64,000 bases of DNA, taken from Chrysomallon squamiferum. Its lineage: Eukaryota > Animalia > Mollusca. A program made the translations under genes and the position numbers. Each line of letters begins with the position of its first letter. Within the stretch, counting starts at the first letter, position 1. Of this stretch, positions 38,290 through 51,803 are shown in pieces. The stretch lies in assembly GCA_012295275.1 (NCBI GenBank), contig CM022666.1, positions 1,364,001 through 1,428,000 on the forward strand. The letters are read 5' to 3'. The notes beneath the pieces are model-generated. The model saw nothing but the letters and a program-made list of their open reading frames with translations, did no database searches and was not told where the DNA came from.

Positions 38290-38525
38290 TTTAAGTAAAC
38301 CATATAAATTAAAAGTTTCATTTTTTTTATTTTAGTGAAATGACCTGAATTAACCCCATAAATTAACCACAAAACTTTTTTCATATTTTTTTACCCATTT
38401 TTTTTAGTGAAATGACCTGAATTAACCCAAAAAATTGTCACATAATACTTTTTTAAGTAAACCATAAATTAAAAGTTTTACAAGTTTTTGTTTTATTTTT
38501 AGTGGAAATGACCTTAATTAACCCT
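38290..38525. repeat. Local duplication with TTTTAGTGAAATGACCTGAATTAACCC x3
   Basis: Copies near 38330, 38402 and 38497 (the last is diverged). TTAAGTAAACCAT..AAATTAAAAGTTT occurs twice. Confidence 0.8.
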
Positions 38526-39648
38526 AAGTAATCTTATCCACTGTTGAGACAAAGAGACAAATTACTCAAATTTCTTTTGTGTCTGCAGAAAATAAGTTTT
38601 TATGTGACGGGCCCCATTAGACAAACGTTGACTGATTTAGATGTATGATATTCTGATAAAGACACTCAAAACTGTAACTGATCTATTGTTATAGCTGTTT
38701 GAAAAATGCAAAACGCTGTCAATTTTATTTTCTTATGCATTGACGATGTAATATGAAAACTATGAGAAAGTTGTTTTTCTTTTTTTAGCTCCTGTTTTAA
38801 ATTAATGAATGGCTTTGTCATGTGGAATTTAAAAAAAAAATAAAAATAAAAAATAATAATAATAATAAAAAAAAGAATAATTAAATAGGGTTAGGCAGGA
38901 CATTTTTTTTAAACATTTACACACACACACACACACAGAAATGCATGCATTTTTATAAGAATTCTGGTAGCTGAACATATTTTAATCTCTATAAATTACT
39001 GATTATGTAATGGGTATGTTAGTTATGTGTATATGTTATATATGATTATGTTTGTAATTACTGTTTTTCATGTGTTGGTTACTCAAGATTACATTACACA
39101 TGTGGTTCATTAAGAAAATCTTCTATTTTGCATTGAGTATATACTCATTATTTAAACATTTCTCAAAAAGAAATATATATTTTTTTTTTGTGTTTGTCTG
39201 TGTGTGTGTATGTATAAATACATCTGTTTTTCTTTCTCTGTTTCTCTCTCTCCCCAGTTAAATCCCAATTCTGAAATAATTATATAAAACATTTCTAAAT
39301 TCATATAAGTATTACAATGTCAGTGACTCTTTATAAATAATATTATTAATAAAAAAAAAATAAAAAAAATAAAATATTTCTGATACTGAAAATATTTCTA
39401 ATTAAATAAGTTACTCCTAAACGCATATTGCAGTATTGGAGGCCCTTTATCATTCCTACTGTAATGATATGCACTTGGAAAGAAAATAAAAAATGCAAAA
39501 AATAAGTCTTTAAACAGTTTGATGCATTTTACAGTACAGGGGGCCCTTTATCAACACACTGTGCAGTGCATGTACACATATATATACATGCATTGTTACA
39601 GCATGTGAAAGAAATATATAATTAAACTACTGCACTTGTGTATTCCTA

Positions 39649-39705
<57 letters not shown>

Positions 39706-39895
39706 ATACATACGTTCTACTTACTATATTATTACTTACATTGATTATATATACATGTATGTATGTTTATATATACTGCAGAAGACCTTTACTTCAGATT
39801 GTGTTTTGCATGTAGACACGTATATATATCATTTGACAACAAGTGAAAACAAATACGAAATGAAACTATTACTTAGCAGAGAGGGCCCTTTACTG

Positions 39896-39952
<57 letters not shown>

Positions 39953-40147
39953 CGCATTATGTAACAACGAATGAAAGAAAAACAATGAGAGCAAGAAAGA
40001 AAGAAAAGAAAAGGAAACCAGAGAAAAGTAAACATGGTTTCAGGTTGAAGCTGCAGAAGGAAAATTCGACATTGCTGACAATGGCTGTTTACTGCACATG
40101 AAATTGTAGATCTTGAAAGATTGTGCAAAAAGAGAGAGAGAGAAAAA

Positions 40148-40179
<32 letters not shown>

Positions 40180-41096
40180 TAAAAAAAAAAAAAAAAATCC
40201 TGAAATTGACTACCCAGTGACAGATGGTTCATTCAATCTGATCTGTGGTGTTATTTCCACCTTTAGAAAAAACTGGCACTGCCCGCTTTTTTTTTTCCAC
40301 AAACTTGCTTGATACGCCTTGAAATTTCACTAAAAGAGCCTTTGGGCTTTGCCCTCCGGTTTCCTGTTGTTGAAGAATACCAGGGCAGATTACACCAACT
40401 GGCCAATTCCCTCATGTAATTTTCATCAATGTGAAAACTTTGTTTTGCTATTCACCGAAGGAAATTTGATCCGAGTTTATTTTTCAGTGTATATATGTAA
40501 GAAATCTCACTGGAAATGTTTGGATATTCTATGGGTTGTTAATTTCATTAACTTAATAATGATAGAACAAAAATGTTTTGTGTGTAATTAATCATTTCAA
40601 TCCTTAATAGTATTAACGGTTAATAAACAATGGTACAAAAAAGAAAAGAAACAAGAATTAGAATACAAAATAAATAGGTAAATATTTAAAGTAATTATTC
40701 TAATAGTATTTACTTGTTTTTTTAAAAATTATTTTGTTTCTGACATATTCAGATAATATCTGTTTTTATTTTTGTAATTGTCTCTTTCTTTTTCTCATTA
40801 CAGATCTTTGTTTTTCTGAATCATTCTGTGATTCTTTTTCTGTTTCTGTCTCACTGTTTCTTTTGACATTTTTTCTGATAATAATTATGTATGTTTCTAT
40901 TACTCTCATTTTTTCTTTATATATGATTGTGTCTTTATCATTTTTATTTTTTCTTCACATATTGTGTCTCAGTTTCTGTTTTTCTCTTTTATTTTCTTTC
41001 TTTCTTGTATTTCCTTTCCATCTTTCTGTTTCTTATTTCTCAATCTTCTCTCTTTCTCTTCCTCATATTGACACCTATTGATCCACACACACACAC

Positions 41097-41169
<73 letters not shown>

Positions 41170-42179
41170 GAGAGTGTTCAGTAATTTTTTTTTTTTACAA
41201 GAATCATCCACTATTGATCACAAGTTTGATACACCTTCACAGAAACATCATAAATCTTGAGCTAGTTGTCAGTTTCTGAGACAAGCTTTCTGGATAATGG
41301 TATTTCGTTTACCACAGGTAAAGATGTAAAGATGGCGACGTCAGCCTTCTGCAGTCGAAATTCTTTCTTAACAGGGAATCAACACTGATCTCTTAAATAT
41401 TATACAGTGCTTGGGAAAAGAAAGAAAAAGAAAAGATAAAAAAGAAGAAAAGAATGGAAAGATTGTTTAATAGCATGGCACAGAGATATTAAAAGGGTGA
41501 TATTGGATAACAAATTGAGGCTCACTGGGTATTGAAATGTATGAACAGGTGAACATATGACACTAACATACTTATCTTTGACAAATGGGAAATGTAGATG
41601 AGTGTGGCTTTCTGTAATAAGCAGGGTTAAAAAAGGATCTGTCACAGAGTTGATATGTTTAACAGAGCATGCCATCAGACTGTTATCTTGAGATATCTTG
41701 ACAACAAAAGGTAGATTTGGTTCAAAATGTGTACCTACGTGGAAGTCAGTCGGTGTTTATTTGTCAGACTGATAACAGTTGTATGTACGTGTGTCGTTTT
41801 CTCTTAAGATTAACATTATCACAAATGCTACTGATGTTTTAATCTTTTTTTAGAAAAGAAAAAAATAACAAAAACAAAAAAGTAATAATAATAATAATAC
41901 TAAAAAAAACCACCACTTTGCAAATACAAACTATTTAACAAAACATTCAGTCCAAAATACACAGACTTACATACACAAGAACGTAAATGAATTCACATAA
42001 TCAGATAATTATATAACAGCCAAATTAAAAAATAAATATCTAATAATAAAAATAAAGGTACGGTAAGAAAATGTGTATATATAATTTTTATTTTGATTAC
42101 AAAAAAACAACAGAAGAATTCATGTAATTTATTATGTGCAAACATATTTTATAAAAAATTCATGGATTTCTGAAAGATT

Positions 42180-42228
<49 letters not shown>

Positions 42229-43509
42229 ATATTAATCTTTTGCTATAGATATAAATATTGCTAAAGATTAATTATATTTGCTCAGGCACCTACATATGGA
42301 CAGACAGATAGCTGAAAAAAAAAAAAACCTTAGACATTACAGTAAAAGGTGTTATTTCCTTACTTCATGCGTGGATTAACCACATTATGCCATCTCACAA
42401 ACACTCTCATTGTTGGACACAGAGCGCCTCTAGATATTTCTTACACTCACTCAATGACTGTTTCATGTAGTACCACGGCACAAAAGATCCAACACATTCG
42501 CACACCCGGTCTATGGAAAGGCTAAGGAGATCTCCCATTATGTGTTACTAAAAAACCATTTTGTGAGTCGTAAAAAGCTGCACAAATCATGCTGTGTTCA
42601 TTATATACCAATAGAGAGCTTCTTAATCTCTTCCTTTTACTGATGGTTATTGCTGGAGTATAGTTTATAGTGGAGGTTGTTTATTGACAGATATATAATA
42701 TATATATATTAATTTTATTCTTATTTTGTTTTTGTTGAAGTTTTAGAAATATAGATTTGTATAACTGGTTAGATACCAATAAAAATTTTTTTTTGACGTC
42801 TTCATTTTATTGATAATTATTGTGCACACTCATTCACATATATTTGTTTTGCAGCTCCATAGATACCAACAGAAAGTTCAGAATTTCTTTCATTACTAAT
42901 GATTACTGACAGTAAGTGGAGATTGATGATAGCCACATTTGTGTTTAACTGATTAGATACCTTTTTATTATTGTTGTTAATAAAATCAAATATTTTTGTA
43001 ACAATTCATAGACACACAGAAACAATGATGCTGATACAGATATACGTACACACATATAATAAATACATACACACAAATAAATAAATACAAACATGCAATG
43101 GTATTCACACACAAACACACAGACACTTATAAACCATTATGCAACAGAAGTTTTATTTGAATTTTATTTTAACCTTTTTTTTCAATTTTTCTTCTTCTAC
43201 TTTTATAAATTTTTATTTTATTTTATTTATTATCTTTATTACTTTTTGTTGTCTTCTCTCCCTTGCCTGTGCTTTCCTGCCTGTGAAGTTAAGATTTGCG
43301 TTGCATGCATACTTTGTGATTAGCCGTTGATTTATGGGACACGCAGCCGGCTTCCATTTCAAACCCCTGGCTTACAGATAGAGAAAATAAGAGACAGAAG
43401 CTTAGTGAATGAATGAAACCTGTAACAGTTGAGGTGCATTACCCAGCCATGAAATAACCCAATACCTAATGAGGGTGGTAACCTTGAAGAATATTTGACT
43501 TTTGTATGA

Positions 43510-43553
<44 letters not shown>

Positions 43554-43671
43554 TTTGTTTGTAGGTGGATGGATATTTGCATAAATATTTGTATAAAACA
43601 AATTATTCTAAAAATTAATTTTACAGTTACATATTTATAAACCATAGCGACATACACCTATATATATTATA

Positions 43672-43717
<46 letters not shown>

Positions 43718-43767
43718 AGAGAGAGATTTTATTTTATACACAGACACTCACATATATATAAATATAT

Positions 43768-43806
<39 letters not shown>

Positions 43807-44807
43807 TCAGAACTTAATAAGCAAACAACTAAATTGAAAAGGACTAGTATTCTTGTAGAATGTTTGACTTTTGTTTGAGGACATTGTGGCTTTTTAAATA
43901 ATAATAAAAAATATAAAAATTTACTGAAAATGTTATTTCAGAAAGTTAATTTAATAAGAAAGTATTACTTAACGACACCAAAAACCTTGTAGAATAAATA
44001 ATTGATTTCTTAGTGAGAAAATTGTGAAATATTTTTTTGGTAATTTAGAAATAAAATAATTCTTACACATAATTTGAAAACAACTGAGAAATAACCCAAA
44101 CAACCTTAGCATAGCTGAAGAATATTTAATGTACTGTGTAATTTTTTCTTTTTCTTGTCTTTTTTTCTTTTTTCCTTTTTCTTTGCTTTTCTTTCTTTCT
44201 TTTTTCTTTTTCCACTACATATTTAATAATAAAACATGAATAATTCATTGAGTAAATACTTAAAACAGTTATTTAAAACAACATTTTTTTTCTGTTTTTT
44301 CTTATATTTTTTGCTGTTTACATTATTTTTTTTTTTTGAATGTATTATTAAAGATTAGATTGACAACTAACTAAAAAATGTAATTGAGATTCTGCACAAT
44401 TTCTGTGTTCAGAATATAAATATTCTACTGAAAGAACAGCATTTGTATTATTTTTTGCTTTTTTATTGAAGATCAACACTTTAAAAAACAAAACCAACAC
44501 TCAGGTTTAATTTAAAACTTGTAACTTTATAAAAATTTTACTTTCTTTTTTTTTTGTTAAGTTCTGTATTGGTTTTTTTTAATTTAATTTAAATATTTTC
44601 TTTCATCTATATCAATTACATTTTCGTATTTAGTTTTCAAATTCTTTTATTTTAATATTTTATCTTTTTAAAAATGATTTTGGTTAAGCCAACAATATTT
44701 TTAGGTGACTATATTATTAAATTAAGAATAGTTGTTAAAATAAATAATACATGTTTAGCTGTTGACTTGCACATAATGAAATTATGAAATGTTCCTAATT
44801 TTTATTT

Positions 44808-44866
<59 letters not shown>

Positions 44867-45862
44867 CCATTACAAAGAAAAAATGTACTGTTAACACAAC
44901 ATATTGAAAATACAAGGTAGGTATTTATACACACTGTATGTTTGAGTGACTTGTGCTATCCTGTGTGTTTTCACATGGCTTATGTACATACACATACAAA
45001 ATGTTAACACAGTGCATTAGGATCCATTACCCATTCACTTTTGTAAATATTGTCAGGAGATGCAAGGAAATTGCTGTTTTGGATATGGGAAATTATTTTA
45101 GGGTTTTCGCTTGATTTCTGCATGTCAATCTGTTCTGTTGTGATTCGAAAACCAAAAGAAAAGTTGAAAAGATTTTTTTTTTTTTCCATTAATTTACATC
45201 TTATTTTAACCCTTTTTAAATACTTGTACATTTTCACATGGAGTTGTGTTTTTTTGAGAATGAATGAGAATAAATTCAAACACTTCTCAACCAGTATAAT
45301 TAACCAAATAAATAAATTAGTAAATAAGTGAATTAGTAAGTACTTTAATAATACAGAAGTAAGTAAGTAAGTAAATAAATAGGTAAATAAACAACTTGTG
45401 TAATTTTTTTTCTCCATCGTAACTTTAAAACCTTTTATAAAACTAACTATATAATTGGGTTTTTTTAAATGTCAGTGTCCTTATTTAATGCTTATTGTGT
45501 CATATTTTCTCTGGGTTAAAAATAAATGGATGTGCCTTTGGCAGTTAAAGACATTATAATCCTAATCAGCTTATTGTAATCTGATTCATTAAGCTGTTGG
45601 ATATTGCAGATAATTAACACATGAGTGTAAGTAGCAGCTAATAGGTGTTAACTGGTGATAAATGATATAATTAACTTAATAACGATTTGATGAAAATAAC
45701 TAAGTAAACAGTCACATGATTACAAAATTCTGTTATTATATAAAATAAACTTTCTCTTTTCACTTTTTTTTCTTTCTTTCTTTTTTTCCTTGAAGTTAGT
45801 ATTTTTAAATTATTAAAAAAAAGACCTAACTTGTCTACCTGTCTGTCTGTCTGTCTGTTCAT

Positions 45863-45952
<90 letters not shown>

Positions 45953-46847
45953 TTGAATGATATATACTAACATGATTACACAATTTAGATTGATTTGAAT
46001 GAACTTGAAACCTGACTTTTCACGACTTGTCTCAATTTAATTTCACTTGACTGATCTTGAACCTAAATTCTGAGTCCATTTTGAAAAGAAATTTTTAAAT
46101 TGTTTTTTTTATGTTAAATCAGTTAACTTGTGAAAACCATCAAAACGGGGAAAAATATCGGACTATGTATACACCTCTCAGTAATGTATTCACCACTGTT
46201 AACACAAAGTCATACAGTGTGAACAAATCTTTAGCCCATACTAATGCACTCATTTGCTTACATTACATGCCTCACTTGAGCCCATCTGTTGGCTGCAGCT
46301 TGAAGAAAATCACACGAAATCATCATTACCATGCCTGTATACTTTAAAGCAGATTTATGACTTTTACATGTAGTGAGGGTCGACATGGAGCCGATTTGCA
46401 TAACTTTTTACACGTTATCATTAACCACGTAGGTCTTAAATTGTCCGGCCATAAATCACAATTGTGTGCCGTTTAATTACAGTGTGTGAAATTTTATTTA
46501 TAAGCATGGCAAAATATAAAATGAGCAGCGTACATTTATATATTTGTTATCAATCATCTTTTTTTTTTTTTTTTTTTTTACCCCGAAACAGGCTGTATTG
46601 TGTGAATAGGTAAACCAATATTGTTTGTTTTTATTTTTATTATATTTTATTTTATTTTTAAATTAATTTTTTTTTTTAAATTTAAAAAAAAAAAATTGTT
46701 TTTATTTTATTTTATTTTATTTTATTTTATTTTTTTTTTTTATTTATTTTTGTTGTTTATTTATTTTTTATTTTATTTTAATTTATTTAATTTAATTTAT
46801 TTTATTTTATTTTATTTTATTTTATTTTATTTTAATTTATTTTATTT

Positions 46848-46905
<58 letters not shown>

Positions 46906-47547
46906 TTTATTTTGTAAAGTCATTAATTAATCAGTTGTATAAGCTAGAAGTAGGAATATTCATTATATATTTTTATTTATTTAAAGTCATTAACTTTTAC
47001 TGAAAACTAAAAAAAAAAAATTAATTAAATAAGTTGTTTATTTAAAATATATAAATTTTTAAAATTAATTAATTAATTTATTTTTATTATTACTACTACT
47101 GTTATTATTACTACTATTATTATTATTATTACCTGTATTACTATTATTACTATTACTATTATTATTATTATTTTTATTTTTATTATTATTATTTTGCTTT
47201 TGTTTTACATCTGAGAGAGGCTCATCAGCAAATAAATCAGTATTCACTTAACATCTTGATATATTTTTTATATTAACATCAGATAAAACTATATGCTAAT
47301 TCAGCTAGTGTGTAAGCCTACATTATTTACAAGGTGACACCCTTATTTTGACATCATGCTGTTCAAAATGGTCCTAATTCAAAAATAATATTACAAGCAG
47401 TATAAATTGTTATGTCATATTACTGCACAGAAATGCTATTTGCACTTTTTTAAAAACATTATGTTAAATAAATTTATATGTATTTTCTGATGATTCTTAA
47501 TTTATTGTTATTTTTGTAAAGGACTTTATGTACTGCATGAAGTAAAC

Positions 47548-47620
47548 TGGTGCTTTTATGAGATTTGAACCTCTGACCTGTTGTGCTCAAAGGAAGATCA
47601 CTTCCACTGAACTTTAACCC
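47548..47620 (-). pseudogene. Degenerate tRNA-like sequence (tRNA pseudogene or tRNA-derived SINE head)
   Basis: 73 nt with A-box-like AGTTCAGTGG, B-box GGTTCAAATC and a terminal CACCA. The acceptor stem does not pair properly. Confidence 0.5.
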
Positions 47621-47931
47621 ACTCCGAATATCAAATTCTACAGGGCCATTATAAAGCCCTTGTGCAATTTAAAATTTTGATACTTCTAATCTATGCACGA
47701 TAGAACTGATCTGTAAAAAAAAAAAAAAAAATAAGAGAAAATAATTATTTGATTTTTTTATATATTTATTGTTGAGATTCTTAATTTTCAACATGACTAT
47801 TATCATTATGGTATAACTGAAAATGCACTTCTGGAACTTTAGAATATTATTATAGTTTGCATGCTTTTTACATATCATTTCTGTCATGCATAGGCTAGAA
47901 GTTATGAATATATTTAATGACCCTGTATTTA

Positions 47932-48008
<77 letters not shown>

Positions 48009-50047
48009 TATCTGTGACTGTATTACAGAGTGTATAATTTTGTCTTTTATAATTCTTCTTATTATTTATATTATTCCTCCAGGAATGATTTTAGGTTTTC
48101 TTTTACGATCCTTTTAAATTTACTGTGTTGGAATTAACATAATTTTCTTTAATTTAACCCCTGATAAATCTTGTGTGTGTTTGTGTGGGCTCAGTAAACA
48201 TTCACATGAATGTGCTAAGGGACTGAATTTAATAATAAACAAAATTTTATTTCAGTTTTCGAGCCAGAAGCCCAATTGGAAATTAAATTAAAAAAGATAA
48301 AAAAAAAACAAAAAACAAAAAGAATAAAAAAAAAATAGCCTTTAATTAAATTTGTTTCACAGAAGAAAAATCTTAATTTCCTTGTATAAATTATTGAAGA
48401 TAAAATGCACACTGTTATTTCATTATAGCATCGTGAAAGAGCACATGGCCGATTATGTCATTTGCTTTGTCATAAAAATGGTCATAATAATCTCTGACTT
48501 TTGACACTGTGTGATTAGCAAATACACCACTGAGAAAACATCATGGAATAAATTGTGTATTGTTATGTGGACCAGTATAACGTTATTTAATTAAATATGT
48601 CCGTAGACCCCACACGTGCACAGCTTGTAATGGTAGCCTGGTGTACAGGTCTGTTTGAAGACTGTCCTAATTAGCTGTGTAAGTGAAAGAAACACAAAAG
48701 ATAAATAAATATTACAGATTGAAACTTACAGTCTGTCAGTCTGTTCATATTTTGTTATGAACATCCAACACAGAGTAAATAAAATACAAATTTTAAAATT
48801 GTGTATGACAATCTGAAAACTCTGCCCAGTGTATTTTTATCACTTTAAAAAATTAAAATAAGTAAATAAATAAATAATATTAATTAATAAAAAAATTTAG
48901 ACATTTATCATTTAGTTTCTTGATGTACATCGATCAAGGAAAATAAATAAATAAATAAATAAATAATTTTGCTTTTCACACTATGCTTTTCAGTACATTT
49001 ATCCAACACAGAGTAAATAATTTTAAAAAGTGACTGAACCTGCCTCCAGAAAAAAACAAAAATAAAAACAAAAATAAAAACAACAATAAACAAACAAAAC
49101 AAATTATAAAACAAAAACAACAATAAACAAACAAAACAAATTATAAAACAAAAACAACCAAAAAACCCCTATCATTTGTGATCTGTTTGTCTTTACTGTA
49201 TTTTTAGAATTATTCAAATGATTTTTATTTAATGTTTGTTCTCAAGAACAAGCTTTCATTAGAATTAATCAAATATTTAAAAAAAAAAGGAATTAAATAA
49301 TTTAATTAACTTTAATGATATTATTTCTAATGTTTAGAAATATTTTCTGAATTGTTATAGATCTTTTTTTAAAAAAAATTTTTTAGATGTTCTATTATTT
49401 ATTTAATTGTTTATTCATTTATTTACTTATTTATATGTTTCTTTCTTTATTTCTTTATTTATTTTTGAATAAAATTGATTAAAAATCCTTCAAATATTTT
49501 TTTTTTTTTTTTTTTTTAAATAACAGCATCGTGTGTCATACTGCTGGTACTGTATTTCTAGTGTTGTATACTTTTATTGCCATCACTTTATTACACAACT
49601 CACTCCCGTGAAGTGATTCATTCATGACACCTGGGTTTAATCAAGTCCAAAAGATTTATTACAGAGATATAATAGTAATTTATTGCTTACTAAATGCTGT
49701 AACTTTATAGGATCATATAAAATATTATATTTTTCTATTATTGGACCACGTCAAAATTTGAAGACATTTTCAGAAATCTAATAATTTAATATCTGTGGCA
49801 ATAACTGTAACTCTGAAAGATTTCATGTGCTGTGTGTCTTGGGGGAAAAAAAAGAAAAAAAGTGAGATAACAATTTTCTTTATTGAATAATACTGGATGA
49901 TAGCATTACAGATATATAATTTTATTTATGTAGAATAGATAAGTAGATTTATGCACAGTTAAGTGACATGTATTATATTGTACACAAATACACACACACA
50001 CACACACACAGACATTTATATAACTTGTACATGAGATTTATACATCT

Positions 50048-50088
<41 letters not shown>

Positions 50089-50778
50089 GTGTTGTACATG
50101 CATCACATATCATGTATTTAACTCATGGTCTTGATTTGCAGATTGGTCAGTTTTCTTCATTATCTAAATGCAGTTTTAAAACATTAATATTAGACCATTA
50201 ATGAGAAAAAACATACTGGGATTTGATCCAAAGACCTTACAGCACTGAACACCAACCACACTGTCTAATGACATTATGACAGTCCCACCAAGTCTGGTAG
50301 GATATTCAGATTAATGCTGGTTTCTATAGCTGGACTTCATCTACAATTACAGAACATTTACTTGCTGTCTAGGAAGGCCTGGAGATGCCTCTTTCAATTT
50401 TCCACCTGACTAGTCTTGATAGGACCCCCTCTTCATGCAGTATGTGAACAATTAAGAGATTGTCATAGAATCCCTTTCAAGCCAGATCACCAGCAATTAT
50501 GGTCAAAAATTCAGTTCCGCTTCATGGTTCTTTCGTGCTGTTTGCCGTCCTTTGTCTTGTTTGCTGAGATAACATGTTGATCTTCTTGTCATTGGAGTCC
50601 TGGACTTTGTCATGGAAATATTCACGAATTTTTATTTTTTTATTTTTTATAAAGTATGAGAGAAAAATGATGACAGGGTTTTGAAAAATATTAAAATAGT
50701 TTTGTGAAAAAAAAAAAAAAACAACAGAAAAAATTAAATATGTCTGATAAACAGATAGATCAATAGATAAGATGTTTT

Positions 50779-50849
<71 letters not shown>

Positions 50850-51511
50850 GCAGTAACTTTAATTTTTAATTATTAGCATTAGTAAAAAAACATTGCTAAA
50901 CATACGAAATTGCATTGTTAAGATAGAGGGATCTGACTCTTAATTTTAGGTAGAAATATTCATGATATAAGAAATCAGTTCTACAGCAGATTTGCTTTAG
51001 CCAGAATGACGTAGATTAATAAATTAATCATACTAACTTTAACAGCACTGTAGTGAAGTCATTTGATATGCAATTTAGATCATGTTTTTAATTAAAATTG
51101 TAAAAACTTCCTGGCTTCAAAGACCTCTAGGGACAAAAACAAACCTAAGTACCTGAAGATAATTTAAATCTTTTATTTATTTATTTTTAAACTATAGGTT
51201 AGGAAAAAAAGGAAATTAATCTTTTATTTTTTAACAGTACTTACACTAAAAAAAAAAATGAATATGTATAAATTAGAAAAGAATAGAACAGAATTAAGAA
51301 TCTTGATAATAAAAGTAAAATAAACTAAAATAATGCAAGTAAAGAAAGAAAAATGAAACATAAAATAAGAAATCAAAATGACAGACTGAAATGTTTATAT
51401 GTATTTTTGATGGATTGATATTTTATTTGTCAAACATCTGTAATTTAGTTTTTTGTCTGCACCTGCAAGTATATTTCTCTTTACCACCCATCACTAAAAT
51501 TAAAAAAAAAG

Positions 51512-51544
<33 letters not shown>

Positions 51545-51680
51545 CACTATCTTTATATTTAATGTGTTACGTTTGTGCAGCTGCATATTTAGTTTTTCAG
51601 GCCATTTTACATTTGCATTTAATTTATTTGTGGTTTATGGACTACTTTGAAATATATATATTTTTTTAAATTAATTTTTT

Positions 51681-51690
51681 TTAATATAAA

Positions 51691-51785
<95 letters not shown>

Positions 51786-51803
51786 TTTTTTTTTTTTTTT
51801 TTT
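51681..51803. repeat. (ATT)n microsatellite plus poly-T
   Basis: Directly visible. Confidence 0.95.

Noticed and set aside
45004-45417. 137-aa minus-strand ORF as a possible nested gene
   Set aside because: No recognisable domain, mostly AT-rich low complexity, and no partner exons found.
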